From the NCBI GenBank assembly GCA_963664875.1, contig OY761611.1, positions 2,816,001 to 2,880,000 of the forward strand: 64,000 nucleotides of DNA, written 5' to 3'. The notes below the pieces were generated by a model. The model saw only the letters and a list, made by a program, of their open reading frames with translations. It did not search any database and was not told where the DNA came from. The position numbers and the translations under genes were made by a program. The stretch is from Candidatus Kapaibacterium sp. (GTDB taxonomy: Bacteria > Bacteroidota > Ignavibacteria > Kapaibacteriales > UBA2268). Of the stretch, positions 28,257 through 37,763 are shown one piece after another. Position 1 is the first letter of the stretch. Every line of letters begins with the position of its first letter.

Positions 28257-28802
28257 TTATTTTATAATTTTGGATATTGCTTTGAATTCCGGAGTGCCTG
28301 AGTATCTGCAAAGTTCAAATAGAACAGACTCGTAAGAGCTGACTACGGCGCCTTCCTGCAGTAATCTTCGGATTGCTGTTTCTTTATCGCTAATTTTGCG
28401 AGAAGAGACACAGTTCTCTATTACTACAGGTTTTAATCCTATTTCTAAGAGATCCAGTGCTGTTTGCAATATACAAATGTGTGACTCGATACCGCAAATC
28501 AGAACATTTTTTTTGTTGGTCTCTTTTAGAAAATGCTTGAATTCGTCCATATCCATACAGCTAAATGCCATTTTTTCAATAGGCTTGTAGGCATCTCCCA
28601 ACGCTATTTGAACATTCTCTGTAGTTTCGCCCAATCCTTTTACATATTGCTCAGAAACAAATATAGGCAAACCAAGAGCTTTTGCACCCTCAATCAGCTT
28701 GCAGGTACTATCTTCAAATTCCTGATATTGATGAATATGAGGGAATAGGCGTGATTGGATATCGATAACAAGTAAGCAGCAGTCTTCTTTTAATAATCGC
28801 AT
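28257..28802 (-). CDS. Isochorismatase family hydrolase (YcaC-like)
   Basis: LLVIDIQ, SEQYVKGLG, KMAFSC, GIESHICILQT. Confidence 0.9.
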   Translation of the reverse strand: MRLLKEDCCLLVIDIQSRLFPHIHQYQEFEDSTCKLIEGAKALGLPIFVSEQYVKGLGETTENVQIALGDAYKPIEKMAFSCMDMDEFKHFLKETNKKNVLICGIESHICILQTALDLLEIGLKPVVIENCVSSRKISDKETAIRRLLQEGAVVSSYESVLFELCRYSGTPEFKAISKIIK

Positions 28803-28951
28803 AATGCTTATACTCTTCTATATTTATGTATTAAAAAATTTACAAAATAAAAAAGCAATTTACAGCAAATGCAAATAATATCGAAATAGAAATTAGAGAA
28901 CTAATATTGATTAGGTAATTTGATTTGAAGCAATTTTCAAAATCCTTACGA

Positions 28952-29356
28952 CTAAAGTTCCTTTTTTGGAGTCAAATTTAACTTATGAAAAATGTAGGCA
29001 GCTACAAAAGATTCGAGCAGACTTAAGGGAATGGCGTAAGGTAAGATTGAAAAGGGCAACACACCCATATTCCCTACTACCTGCCACATCATAACGAATC
29101 CAACGAGCCATGATATAAGTGCTGTTTGTATCCAGCTAAAGCGTTTTGAGATGATATAAATCGCTATGGCAAATGACATAGACCAAAGTCCCCATACAGC
29201 ACCATTAATTGGCTCGGATGGAAAAACAATTCCCATCGATGCATAGTGCTGTGTCCAATAAGATTTGAGTAGGAACTCATTCCTTACAAATTCACTTATG
29301 CTTATCCATAAAGTTGCCACTATGATTGAAACTATAGAGCGGTAAGGCAGATTCAT
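28952..29356 (-). CDS. Hypothetical membrane protein
   Basis: 134 aa with about four hydrophobic segments; WISISEFVRNE. Confidence 0.75.
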   Translation of the reverse strand: MNLPYRSIVSIIVATLWISISEFVRNEFLLKSYWTQHYASMGIVFPSEPINGAVWGLWSMSFAIAIYIISKRFSWIQTALISWLVGFVMMWQVVGNMGVLPFSILPYAIPLSLLESFVAAYIFHKLNLTPKKEL

Positions 29357-29571
29357 ATTTTGCTAAACCAATACTGTCAATACTTCTTAATTCAATATTA
29401 GAAAAATACACTTACAAATGCAAATCATTATTTGAATAATACTTTACTTTCTTTAGTTCGGAGCATAAAAGAGGTAATTAACATCATTTAACACAAAATT
29501 GTCAAAGTATAAACAAGCTATTCTCAGATTTTTCGTAATTTTGTATTTTCCTAATAATAGGCATTTAAAGA

Positions 29572-31386
29572 ATGAGAAAAAGCAATTTTAGAAATATTGC
29601 AATTATAGCACACGTTGACCACGGCAAAACTACACTTGTGGACGGCTTGCTTCGCCAAAGCGGCACTTTCCGTGACAATCAGCAGGTAGCTGAAAGAGTA
29701 ATGGATTCCATGGATCTCGAAAGAGAGCGCGGGATTACTATTACCGCAAAAAATACTGCTGTATGGTACAAAGATATCAAGATTAACATTATGGATACCC
29801 CTGGTCACGCCGATTTTGGTGGTGAAGTAGAGCGAAGCCTTAATTTGGTTGACGGAGCTTTGCTCTTAGTTGATGCCAGCGAAGGGCCTTTGCCTCAGAC
29901 TCGATTTGTGCTCAAAAAAGCACTCGCCAAAAGCTTGCCTATTATTTTGGTAATCAACAAAATAGACAGAGCAGATGCAAGGGTACAAGAAGTTATAAAC
30001 GAAGTTTATGACCTCTTTATAGACCTTGATGCTAATGAATCGCAGTTAGAATTCCCTATTTTATATACAGTTGCTAAAGAAGGCGTGGCTCATCTCGAAC
30101 TCGGTGATGACAGCAAAACATTAGAGCCTTTATTTGAAACTATTATCAATCATATCCCGGGACCTGAAGTTAGCGATGATGCTACTCCTCAGTTCCTCGT
30201 TACATCTTTGGATTATGATTCGTATGTAGGTCAGATAGCAATAGGTAGATTGTCAAACGGCAATCTTAAGCTCAATGAACAATACACATTATGTGGCGAA
30301 AAAGAGAACGTAAGCCCTGTAAAATTTTCAGCTTTATATACTTTCAGAGGTTTGGAAAAAACTAAAGTTGAAGCAGTCGAAGCCGGTGATATCATTGCTG
30401 TAGCCGGTATCGATAATGTAAACATTGGTGATACGATATCTTCTTTTGAAAACCCAATACCTTTACCGCGTATCTATGTAGATGAACCTACTGTTTCTAT
30501 GATATTTTATGTCAATAACGGTCCATTTGCAGGTACTGAAGGTAAATACCTTACTTCACGAAACCTATCCGGAAGACTCCAACAGGAAACTTTGAAAAAC
30601 GTTTCGCTCAGGGTTAGCAACTACGAAGAAAGAACAGATGCTTTTGAAGTTGCAGGTCGTGGCGAATTGCAGATGGCTGTTTTGATTGAGACTATGAGAA
30701 GAGAAGGCTATGAGTTTATGGTATCAAAACCGCAGGTTATTATCAAAGAGATAGACGGAGTTAAGTGTGAACCTGTGGAAAGAGTTTTTATAGACTTGCC
30801 TGAAGATCACGCAGGCACTATTACCGAAAGACTACAGCTTCGCAAAGGTATAATGGTTAACTTTGTAAATAATGGTTTTGGTCGAGTTGATTTAGAATTT
30901 TTGATACCTTCTCGCGGTCTAATTGGCTTCCGTTCGCAATTTTTGACGGAAACTAAAGGTGCCGGTATCATGAATACTCTTTTTGAAGACTACCAACCTT
31001 GGTTTGGTGTAATTCCTCAAAGGAAAAATGGTGGTATCGTTGCTGACAGAGCCGGAAAAGTTACAGCTTACGCTTGCTTGGGTATGGAAGACAGAGGCGA
31101 ACTTTTTGTCGAAGTTGGTACTAATGTATATATGGGAATGATAGTCGGTGAAAGGAACAAACAGGAAGATCTGAATGTTAATATTACCAAAGAGAAAAAG
31201 CTCACAAATATGCGTGCTTCAAGCTCTGACCAGACTGTAGTCCTTAAAACTCCAAGAAAAATGTCATTAGATGAAGCTATAGAATTTATAGCCGAAGACG
31301 AATTAGTGGAAGTTACTCCTCTGAATATTCGTCTCAGAAAAGCTAAACTTGATCCACATGACAGAAAAGTCAAAACCAAGATATAG
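29572..31386 (+). CDS. typA: Translational GTPase TypA/BipA
   Basis: [49 protein letters not shown]. Confidence 0.97.
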   Translation: MRKSNFRNIAIIAHVDHGKTTLVDGLLRQSGTFRDNQQVAERVMDSMDLERERGITITAKNTAVWYKDIKINIMDTPGHADFGGEVERSLNLVDGALLLVDASEGPLPQTRFVLKKALAKSLPIILVINKIDRADARVQEVINEVYDLFIDLDANESQLEFPILYTVAKEGVAHLELGDDSKTLEPLFETIINHIPGPEVSDDATPQFLVTSLDYDSYVGQIAIGRLSNGNLKLNEQYTLCGEKENVSPVKFSALYTFRGLEKTKVEAVEAGDIIAVAGIDNVNIGDTISSFENPIPLPRIYVDEPTVSMIFYVNNGPFAGTEGKYLTSRNLSGRLQQETLKNVSLRVSNYEERTDAFEVAGRGELQMAVLIETMRREGYEFMVSKPQVIIKEIDGVKCEPVERVFIDLPEDHAGTITERLQLRKGIMVNFVNNGFGRVDLEFLIPSRGLIGFRSQFLTETKGAGIMNTLFEDYQPWFGVIPQRKNGGIVADRAGKVTAYACLGMEDRGELFVEVGTNVYMGMIVGERNKQEDLNVNITKEKKLTNMRASSSDQTVVLKTPRKMSLDEAIEFIAEDELVEVTPLNIRLRKAKLDPHDRKVKTKI

Positions 31387-31389
31387 TTT

Positions 31390-31430
31390 AAAAAAAATCG
31401 GATGATTATCGTAATCATCCGATTTTTTTT
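31390..31430. terminator. Bidirectional terminator
   Basis: A8-TCGGATGATTA-tcg-TAATCATCCGA-T8, a perfect inverted repeat. Confidence 0.85.
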
Positions 31431-31443
31431 ATTCACTGTAGTT

Positions 31444-33066
31444 CTATTTTTCTTTTATCAGATATAGCTCATCCCGATAATTTTGATCTAGAAGTACACT
31501 ACCATTGCCAACAGGATAAAGTGAGTTATAAAAGACTTTACGACTTTTATCAACTGTAGTGATAAGTTTTTTCTCAGATTTTCCGGTTTCTAAGTCGTAA
31601 CTAACTTTGAAAAATCCCATATCTACATAGTTGAATTGTTCCTGTTCAGGCTGAATAACAATATGACCTTCCAATTTGTCATCTTTTATATAAAATTGGC
31701 TTGATCCCTGCATTCGATAGCTGTCTGTATAGTTGCCGCCTCGCATAATAAATCTATGCCAGAGATTGTAGGCATCTGCCCATTTTACATTGAAATTACT
31801 ATCAAGGGCTACTATATATTTGTTACCTGAATATCCGAGATAGTAGGAGCGGTATTCAGTGACTAAAAACTGAGTAGAGAAGTTTTCTAAAACTAAATAA
31901 TAGTTACCGTTATGTTCTATAAGGTTTGTAATATCCAACTCAGGAACATATTTGCATCGGAATTCATTATTTAAACTCTTGGTGGAGTCAAATATTACAT
32001 GATATGGTATGAGTTTGATATTAGCAATCTTCCCTGATTTTTTATCAAATTCGCTTATTGTAATTCCACCATTGCCTCTGTAGCAAAATATATAATTGAA
32101 AAATAATGCTTTATTTTCGTGAAAAATCTGCTTTTGGTTTGTAGGGTAAAAAGTATTGCCATACTCTCTTTCACCATTTGCATAATTGTCTGGGTTAACT
32201 GTTTTAAGCATATCTATGTTGGTTTTGTCCTGATGGTCAACTAATGGCATTTTGATATAATCACCCATGTAATTATTGCCTCTAAGGTGTTCTACCTGAA
32301 AATAATGCGCATAATTTTTGTATTTCAAGCCGGTGATCCAAATAGAACCATTGTCATCGATAGAAAAATCAATAGTGCCAAACCTGTCGATCTGCTTAGT
32401 TTCTATTCTATTGGCATTTTTATCAAAAATGTTTACATCCCACACAGACATTATTCTTTGATAATAATGGTTGATATAGATAGCAAAATATTCTTTGTTT
32501 GGCGAGACCTTTATCGAAGGAGTATAACTTAATATATTCTCACTTTCTCTGAAGTAAGATATTTCTTCAAGATACTTTCTGAATAGCACTTTCTCAGAGA
32601 TTAGCTGTTTAGAACCCAAATCAAAAATTCTAAGGAAAACGCTAAAAGGAACCTGAATATTATTAGACGAAAAGCACGAAAAGAGATAAAGTTTGTTATC
32701 TCTAACGTAGCTATGGAAATAGTTTTCATCTTCAAGTGATGATATACTTCCTATCGTAACTATGTTGTTATCCTCTATTTCAGAAATAGTAAATGTTGAT
32801 AGATAACTTTTGATATCAGGGTTTTCTATCGGAGTCATTTTTGTTTGAGGCATTGTATTTGATTTATCGGAAATAGATATCAAATATGAAATGTTTTTGT
32901 CCTCGTCCACAACTATATCACTTATCTTCTCCGGTGCATCCAATTCTGCCAACTTATCGAAATATTCATTAGATTCGACAGATAGCGAACGAATAGCTAT
33001 ATCATTCATGCAAGACATGAACAAAGTAGTGATTAGGAGAAGAATCAGACTGATTTTATAATTCAT
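31444..33066 (-). CDS. Hypothetical lipoprotein, beta-propeller-like
   Basis: Lipobox FMSC; IKVSPNKEY, FSIDDNGSIW, IVALDSNFNVKW blade-like motifs. Confidence 0.7.
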   Translation of the reverse strand: MNYKISLILLLITTLFMSCMNDIAIRSLSVESNEYFDKLAELDAPEKISDIVVDEDKNISYLISISDKSNTMPQTKMTPIENPDIKSYLSTFTISEIEDNNIVTIGSISSLEDENYFHSYVRDNKLYLFSCFSSNNIQVPFSVFLRIFDLGSKQLISEKVLFRKYLEEISYFRESENILSYTPSIKVSPNKEYFAIYINHYYQRIMSVWDVNIFDKNANRIETKQIDRFGTIDFSIDDNGSIWITGLKYKNYAHYFQVEHLRGNNYMGDYIKMPLVDHQDKTNIDMLKTVNPDNYANGEREYGNTFYPTNQKQIFHENKALFFNYIFCYRGNGGITISEFDKKSGKIANIKLIPYHVIFDSTKSLNNEFRCKYVPELDITNLIEHNGNYYLVLENFSTQFLVTEYRSYYLGYSGNKYIVALDSNFNVKWADAYNLWHRFIMRGGNYTDSYRMQGSSQFYIKDDKLEGHIVIQPEQEQFNYVDMGFFKVSYDLETGKSEKKLITTVDKSRKVFYNSLYPVGNGSVLLDQNYRDELYLIKEK

Positions 33067-33078
33067 TATTCTTTCTCC

Positions 33079-34812
33079 CTACTTAGAATATATATGGAAA
33101 ACAAATTCTATACCAGTAGAAAAGTATAAACCGGGCAGAATGATGGATTTTGCCAAGAGAGAGAATGTTGGGTTGTTGCCAAGAGAAATGCTAAGTGCTT
33201 TAAGTGAAAAAATCAGACTTAATTTTTCTTTAGCATCAAATTCTCTAGAACGCAGATCTAAATTATGATAGCCTATCCCTACTTTAAAGCCGTTTGTTTG
33301 ACTGTAGAACCCATCACTTACAAAGCTCAAGGCAGCACTTGGAGTTGTTGCTGCAAGGTCAGGATCAGCTAATACATTAAAGTCAAACTCAACAGATGAG
33401 TAACGCAAATGCCCTGTGAGAGCCCACTCGCCAGCCTCTTTCTTACTAGAGTTAAGAAAATGAAGCCCGCAGCCAAACTTATTGGAATTTAAATAGGCTC
33501 CAAAGCTGACAAGTTTTATTACTTCCATCTGCACAAGTATATCATTATTCCTGCCCCAATATTCCAAGCCATTTGTCCATAATGCTCCGGCATGGAAACC
33601 GTAATTGCTTTTCTTTTCCTGATCTATATATGATATTTCAGCACCAATAGCATCTCCAAGCATTACCGGTCTTTTACCCCTGTAGATATAGTCGTCAAAT
33701 TCTTCTATGCGTTCATCTTTTTTGTCTAAGCTCTCTTTGGCATTTCTAACCATATCGTTCCATTCTTCACAATCTACAGAGTTGCCGTCAACATACTCTT
33801 CGAGTTCGGCATTTATAGTAGTGTTATAATAGTCATACTTCCCTATAGGATTGTCGAGTTCTCGAGCTTTAGAAAGGCTTGTTTTAAATTTTGATGCGTA
33901 AAGAGATGACTGCTCAGGGTTGTTTTCTTCGCAGTTATAAATCGCATAGTACAATTCATAAGATGCTTTGAAGAAATAAGCTAAAGTATAATTCGGATCT
34001 AAACTGATTGCTTTATCAATGTGAATAAGTGCCGCATCGAGATATTGCGTTTTTTCCTGGCTTTTCAGAAAGTAGTTAATTCCCTGAAATGCAGTTTCTG
34101 CCTTGCAAAGCTCAGCATAAGCTTCCTTATTAGGAGTTCCGATTATATTTTTTATTTCTTCTTTGTTTTCTTTAGCTTTTTCTATCGATGATGTGGCATA
34201 ATCTACAGAACGGAGGAAGCCTGTTGCTTCTACAGAAATAGAGACTTTCTTTGCGTAAATTGTACCAACTACTTTGCCTTGTAGATTGATACAAGGACCG
34301 CCACTGTTTCCACTATTAAGTGCGGCAGTTGTGTTAAGTGTAGAATCATTTGGAATTCCGGAGATAATACCCCAAGTAACTTTGATGTCTTTACTTCCGC
34401 CCGGGAAACCCAAAGCTAATACTTCATCACCGGGAGCAATTTTTGATTTTTCCTCAAATTCGAGAAATGGTAAATTGTCTTGGTCAATCTTCAGAACAGC
34501 CATATCCATTTCACTGTCAGACCAAAGAGTATAGGCAGGGATAGTATCTATATTGTTTCCTTTTGTGATTATAACACTGATCGCTACAGCCTCGTCTATG
34601 ACGTGGTGATTTGTGATAATATATCCGTCTTTGGAAACTATATATCCGGTACCACTCCCGTAATTTGAATTGAAGCCTAATTCGGGCAAGTCAGAAGAGA
34701 TTACTTTAACAACAGCATCTTTTGTTTTAGAGAACGCATCTTTTTTAGTTTGCCCCAAAAGTGAAAAATGGAATAGGGCAAGTGCCATGATGCTCAAAAA
34801 TAATAATTTCAT
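33079..34812 (-). CDS. Secreted trypsin-like (S1C/HtrA-type) serine protease with TPR and C-terminal beta-rich region
   Basis: GSGTGYIV, ITNHHVI (His), DMAVLKI (Asp), LNSGNSGGP (Ser); KAISLDPNY. Confidence 0.85.
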   Translation of the reverse strand: MKLLFLSIMALALFHFSLLGQTKKDAFSKTKDAVVKVISSDLPELGFNSNYGSGTGYIVSKDGYIITNHHVIDEAVAISVIITKGNNIDTIPAYTLWSDSEMDMAVLKIDQDNLPFLEFEEKSKIAPGDEVLALGFPGGSKDIKVTWGIISGIPNDSTLNTTAALNSGNSGGPCINLQGKVVGTIYAKKVSISVEATGFLRSVDYATSSIEKAKENKEEIKNIIGTPNKEAYAELCKAETAFQGINYFLKSQEKTQYLDAALIHIDKAISLDPNYTLAYFFKASYELYYAIYNCEENNPEQSSLYASKFKTSLSKARELDNPIGKYDYYNTTINAELEEYVDGNSVDCEEWNDMVRNAKESLDKKDERIEEFDDYIYRGKRPVMLGDAIGAEISYIDQEKKSNYGFHAGALWTNGLEYWGRNNDILVQMEVIKLVSFGAYLNSNKFGCGLHFLNSSKKEAGEWALTGHLRYSSVEFDFNVLADPDLAATTPSAALSFVSDGFYSQTNGFKVGIGYHNLDLRSREFDAKEKLSLIFSLKALSISLGNNPTFSLLAKSIILPGLYFSTGIEFVFHIYSK

Positions 34813-34838
34813 TTTGATTTCTTTATTTTCTTAAACAA

Positions 34839-36005
34839 TTAGTCATTTAGTATTTTTTTAAAGAGTTTCGGCGTTGTGCCGTAGTAAAGGTATCCATAAA
34901 AATCGGCTCTGCGAATACTGGTAAGTATTCCGTCCAGTCTGTAATGAGCTTGCTCCATTCTTGCTTCATCAGCAGCAAAACTCATCTTCGGATAGTACTC
35001 TTTTTTTAATTTGATGCGTTCGGTTTCGGGAATAATCCCGTCCGGATAATTTCGTTTTAGAATCTCTTCCTTAACTTTTATGGCATTGTCCAAAAATTCG
35101 TCGTAAGTTTTAGAAGCTAATTCTTCCTGATAATCTTGTGCTAAAGCATTGAAAAGAAGATGGTAAAAGTATGTTTTTAAATAAGCCGGTGATAAAGAGG
35201 AGGCATTTACGTATTTGTCCGATTCGTTTGCGTACTCTTTGGCTTGTAATAGCAGCTCGATTTCATCTTTAATCTTTTCAGCTTTATAACTAAGCATTTC
35301 ATTTTCGAAAGCCTTGCCAATCAACTCTATAAGTTTATAATCCTTAATGGCTCCTATCGGAGTTTTGTTGTAGTCAATATCTGCCAAAGCCGCATGAATC
35401 AAATCAATATTTACCATATAGGCTATACCTTCAGTAAATAGATTTACTTCTTTATCGACTATAACTCCTGCAAGAGAGCCATCCATTGTAATAACCGGTG
35501 CTCCAATCCCACCCGGATTGACAGCAGCGCCTACAGTTATTAGTGTATCAGCAGGACTTCCACTTAGAATGCCCCATGTGCTTTCTAAATAAGTAGAGTC
35601 TCTTCTGCCGCAATTCATAATCATTATCTCATCAATTTGAGACAAATCACTGCTTTTCTTCATCTTGATAGGCTGACATTTCAATTCAGGTACCATGAAT
35701 ATTGCTATATTATTCACAGAGTCTTTCCAAATCAAACCTGCTCCGTATGGCGTTTTGGAATTATGCCGAAAGACATTTACTATCGTACTGTCATTGACTG
35801 AATTCAAAGAAGAGAGCACAAGTTTGTTACCTATAACAACACCACTCTGTATTGCAAGGGAACTTTTGGTAGCATCTTCTGACAAGCGATGGCATTCGAG
35901 GCTTACAAGATATTCTGAGCTAGATTTGATAAGTTCAGTTTTGTTGCTATACAAATTAGAATGAGTTGAAATAAATATACAGATAGTGAGCAAAAGATAT
36001 TTCAT
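34839..36005 (-). CDS. Secreted trypsin-like protein with degenerate catalytic triad
   Basis: SGVVIG...VLSSLNSV...NNIAIF...TWGILSG...AAVNPGGIGAPV aligns to the neighbouring protease but lacks His/Asp/Ser. Confidence 0.7.
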   Translation of the reverse strand: MKYLLLTICIFISTHSNLYSNKTELIKSSSEYLVSLECHRLSEDATKSSLAIQSGVVIGNKLVLSSLNSVNDSTIVNVFRHNSKTPYGAGLIWKDSVNNIAIFMVPELKCQPIKMKKSSDLSQIDEIMIMNCGRRDSTYLESTWGILSGSPADTLITVGAAVNPGGIGAPVITMDGSLAGVIVDKEVNLFTEGIAYMVNIDLIHAALADIDYNKTPIGAIKDYKLIELIGKAFENEMLSYKAEKIKDEIELLLQAKEYANESDKYVNASSLSPAYLKTYFYHLLFNALAQDYQEELASKTYDEFLDNAIKVKEEILKRNYPDGIIPETERIKLKKEYYPKMSFAADEARMEQAHYRLDGILTSIRRADFYGYLYYGTTPKLFKKILND

Positions 36006-36228
36006 ATTTCTCCTAATAAATGTAAAATCATAAAATCTGCATTTCTGTTCTTATATCGTGACAAATATAAATAAATAATTTATATTCTCTGTATAAAATA
36101 TATAATAAATACAACTATAAGGATTTATATCTTAAGATATGATAGCAGTTATATTAACAACTCGTCTTCTAAGACTGTATTTTCTCATTGATATGTTTTA
36201 TTGTTGTGGTAAGATTTACAGCGAAAAA

Positions 36229-36260
36229 AAAAGAACTACTTTTAGTTTAAGTAGTTCTCT
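36229..36260 (-). terminator. Terminator after the FIST gene
   Basis: AGAACTACTT...AAGTAGTTCT stem with a preceding A-run on the + strand. Confidence 0.6.
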
Positions 36261-36320
36261 TATTTGCAAAAATTGCATGAAATGTATTAGCGGTTAGCCA
36301 AAACATTTATAAAATACGCT

Positions 36321-37631
36321 CTATTTGAAAATCAGCATTGTCGCAGTCTGATTGACATGACCAAGGAATTCTTCCCCATAAGTAGAAAAACCTATTGTCG
36401 GATAGTCAGCAAAAAGACCTGCATACTCTGTTTCAATATCTTTAGCTTTTAGTTCAAGTGTTCGAAGGATGCAATTAAAATTGATAATACCGGAGATGGA
36501 GCCGAGAGACTTTTCTGCTCTGTCTATTGCATCTTTTGTTTCTTTAATAATATCATGACTTTCCAACAGATGAAGCTCCATACCTTCCTTAACTGCACAA
36601 TAAAATTTCATTTTGGTATCGATAATTCTCTGAGGGGAGCGAACAAAAGGCTCTCCGTCAATAATGAGTCCTACCGGATTTGTTATGAAATAATCAGACA
36701 CTTCATCGGGTTCAACTCCCAAAACTCTGGCATATTCCAAGGCAGCAGGTTTATTATTGAAAGTAATTATTTCCCTGTTTTTCTCATCTACTTTTGTTGC
36801 TATTAGCACTTCGTCGAGGCATTTAAAGCTTTGAGTTTTGATAAATTGGAAATCAGTATCAGGTTTAATTACACAAAGCACAGCCGCATCTTTATAGGCA
36901 TAACCATTAGCATGCACGAAGGTTTCTTTAAACTGCAAATCATCGCCTGCAGAAGCTCCTACAAAAATCAAATCGCTAGTAGCTCCAAGCTTTTCCATTA
37001 GTTTTTCTTCGTTACCCGTTACTCCATCTATCAAGACAAGACCTGCATAAGTGTCCAAGTCAAGGCTGCTTAGAGGCTTGCTAAAATCATTTTCGAAGCC
37101 CTGAAGAGCCGGAGCAAGATTGATACCGTCAGAAAGGTTTTCAACTACTTGTACGGATATTCTCTCCATAATATGACCACCGAGACCCATTGCTACTATA
37201 TTGCCTTGCAGCATCTTTCCTGAAAATATTTCACCGGCAGTGGAGCAACCAATGACTTGTGCGTCGTTGAAAGCATATCTCATTTCAGCAGCCAGCCACC
37301 TATGATCATATTCCGAAGATGCAAAATAAATAACTAATTTCGGATTGACCGGCATTAAGCTAAAACGTATTTGGGAAACAGCTTCTATAATGTTTTTGTT
37401 AGATGTATGAAATATTTCTATATGATTCTGATTGTTATTACCCAATGCATCAGCAGCAAACTCTTCCAACTTTTTGATAACATCCTTATCATCGTCTGAA
37501 GTATATGTATAATTATCGGGATTGATGCCGCTAAGTATGAGCTTGTTGCGCATGAGATTTGCTACTAAGGGATTCCCTTTGGAACGCCTTTGTATTATGT
37601 TATCTATCATGAACTTAATCAATCCTGCCAT
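36321..37631 (-). CDS. FIST signal-transduction protein with an extra N-terminal ~60-aa domain
   Basis: VIYFASS, IGCSTAGEI, GASAGDD, FNCILR, GFSTYGE, NQTAT. Confidence 0.9.
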   Translation of the reverse strand: MAGLIKFMIDNIIQRRSKGNPLVANLMRNKLILSGINPDNYTYTSDDDKDVIKKLEEFAADALGNNNQNHIEIFHTSNKNIIEAVSQIRFSLMPVNPKLVIYFASSEYDHRWLAAEMRYAFNDAQVIGCSTAGEIFSGKMLQGNIVAMGLGGHIMERISVQVVENLSDGINLAPALQGFENDFSKPLSSLDLDTYAGLVLIDGVTGNEEKLMEKLGATSDLIFVGASAGDDLQFKETFVHANGYAYKDAAVLCVIKPDTDFQFIKTQSFKCLDEVLIATKVDEKNREIITFNNKPAALEYARVLGVEPDEVSDYFITNPVGLIIDGEPFVRSPQRIIDTKMKFYCAVKEGMELHLLESHDIIKETKDAIDRAEKSLGSISGIINFNCILRTLELKAKDIETEYAGLFADYPTIGFSTYGEEFLGHVNQTATMLIFK

Positions 37632-37763
37632 ATCTCTACTTTAATATACTGTAACATTTAGAAATATTTGTTTAAACCTAAAACACTAACTTACTAAAAG
37701 TTGTTTTACATTAGACACAAAAAATGCCTGCAAATTGTAAAAAAAACTGATGTTCGCTTTTTT

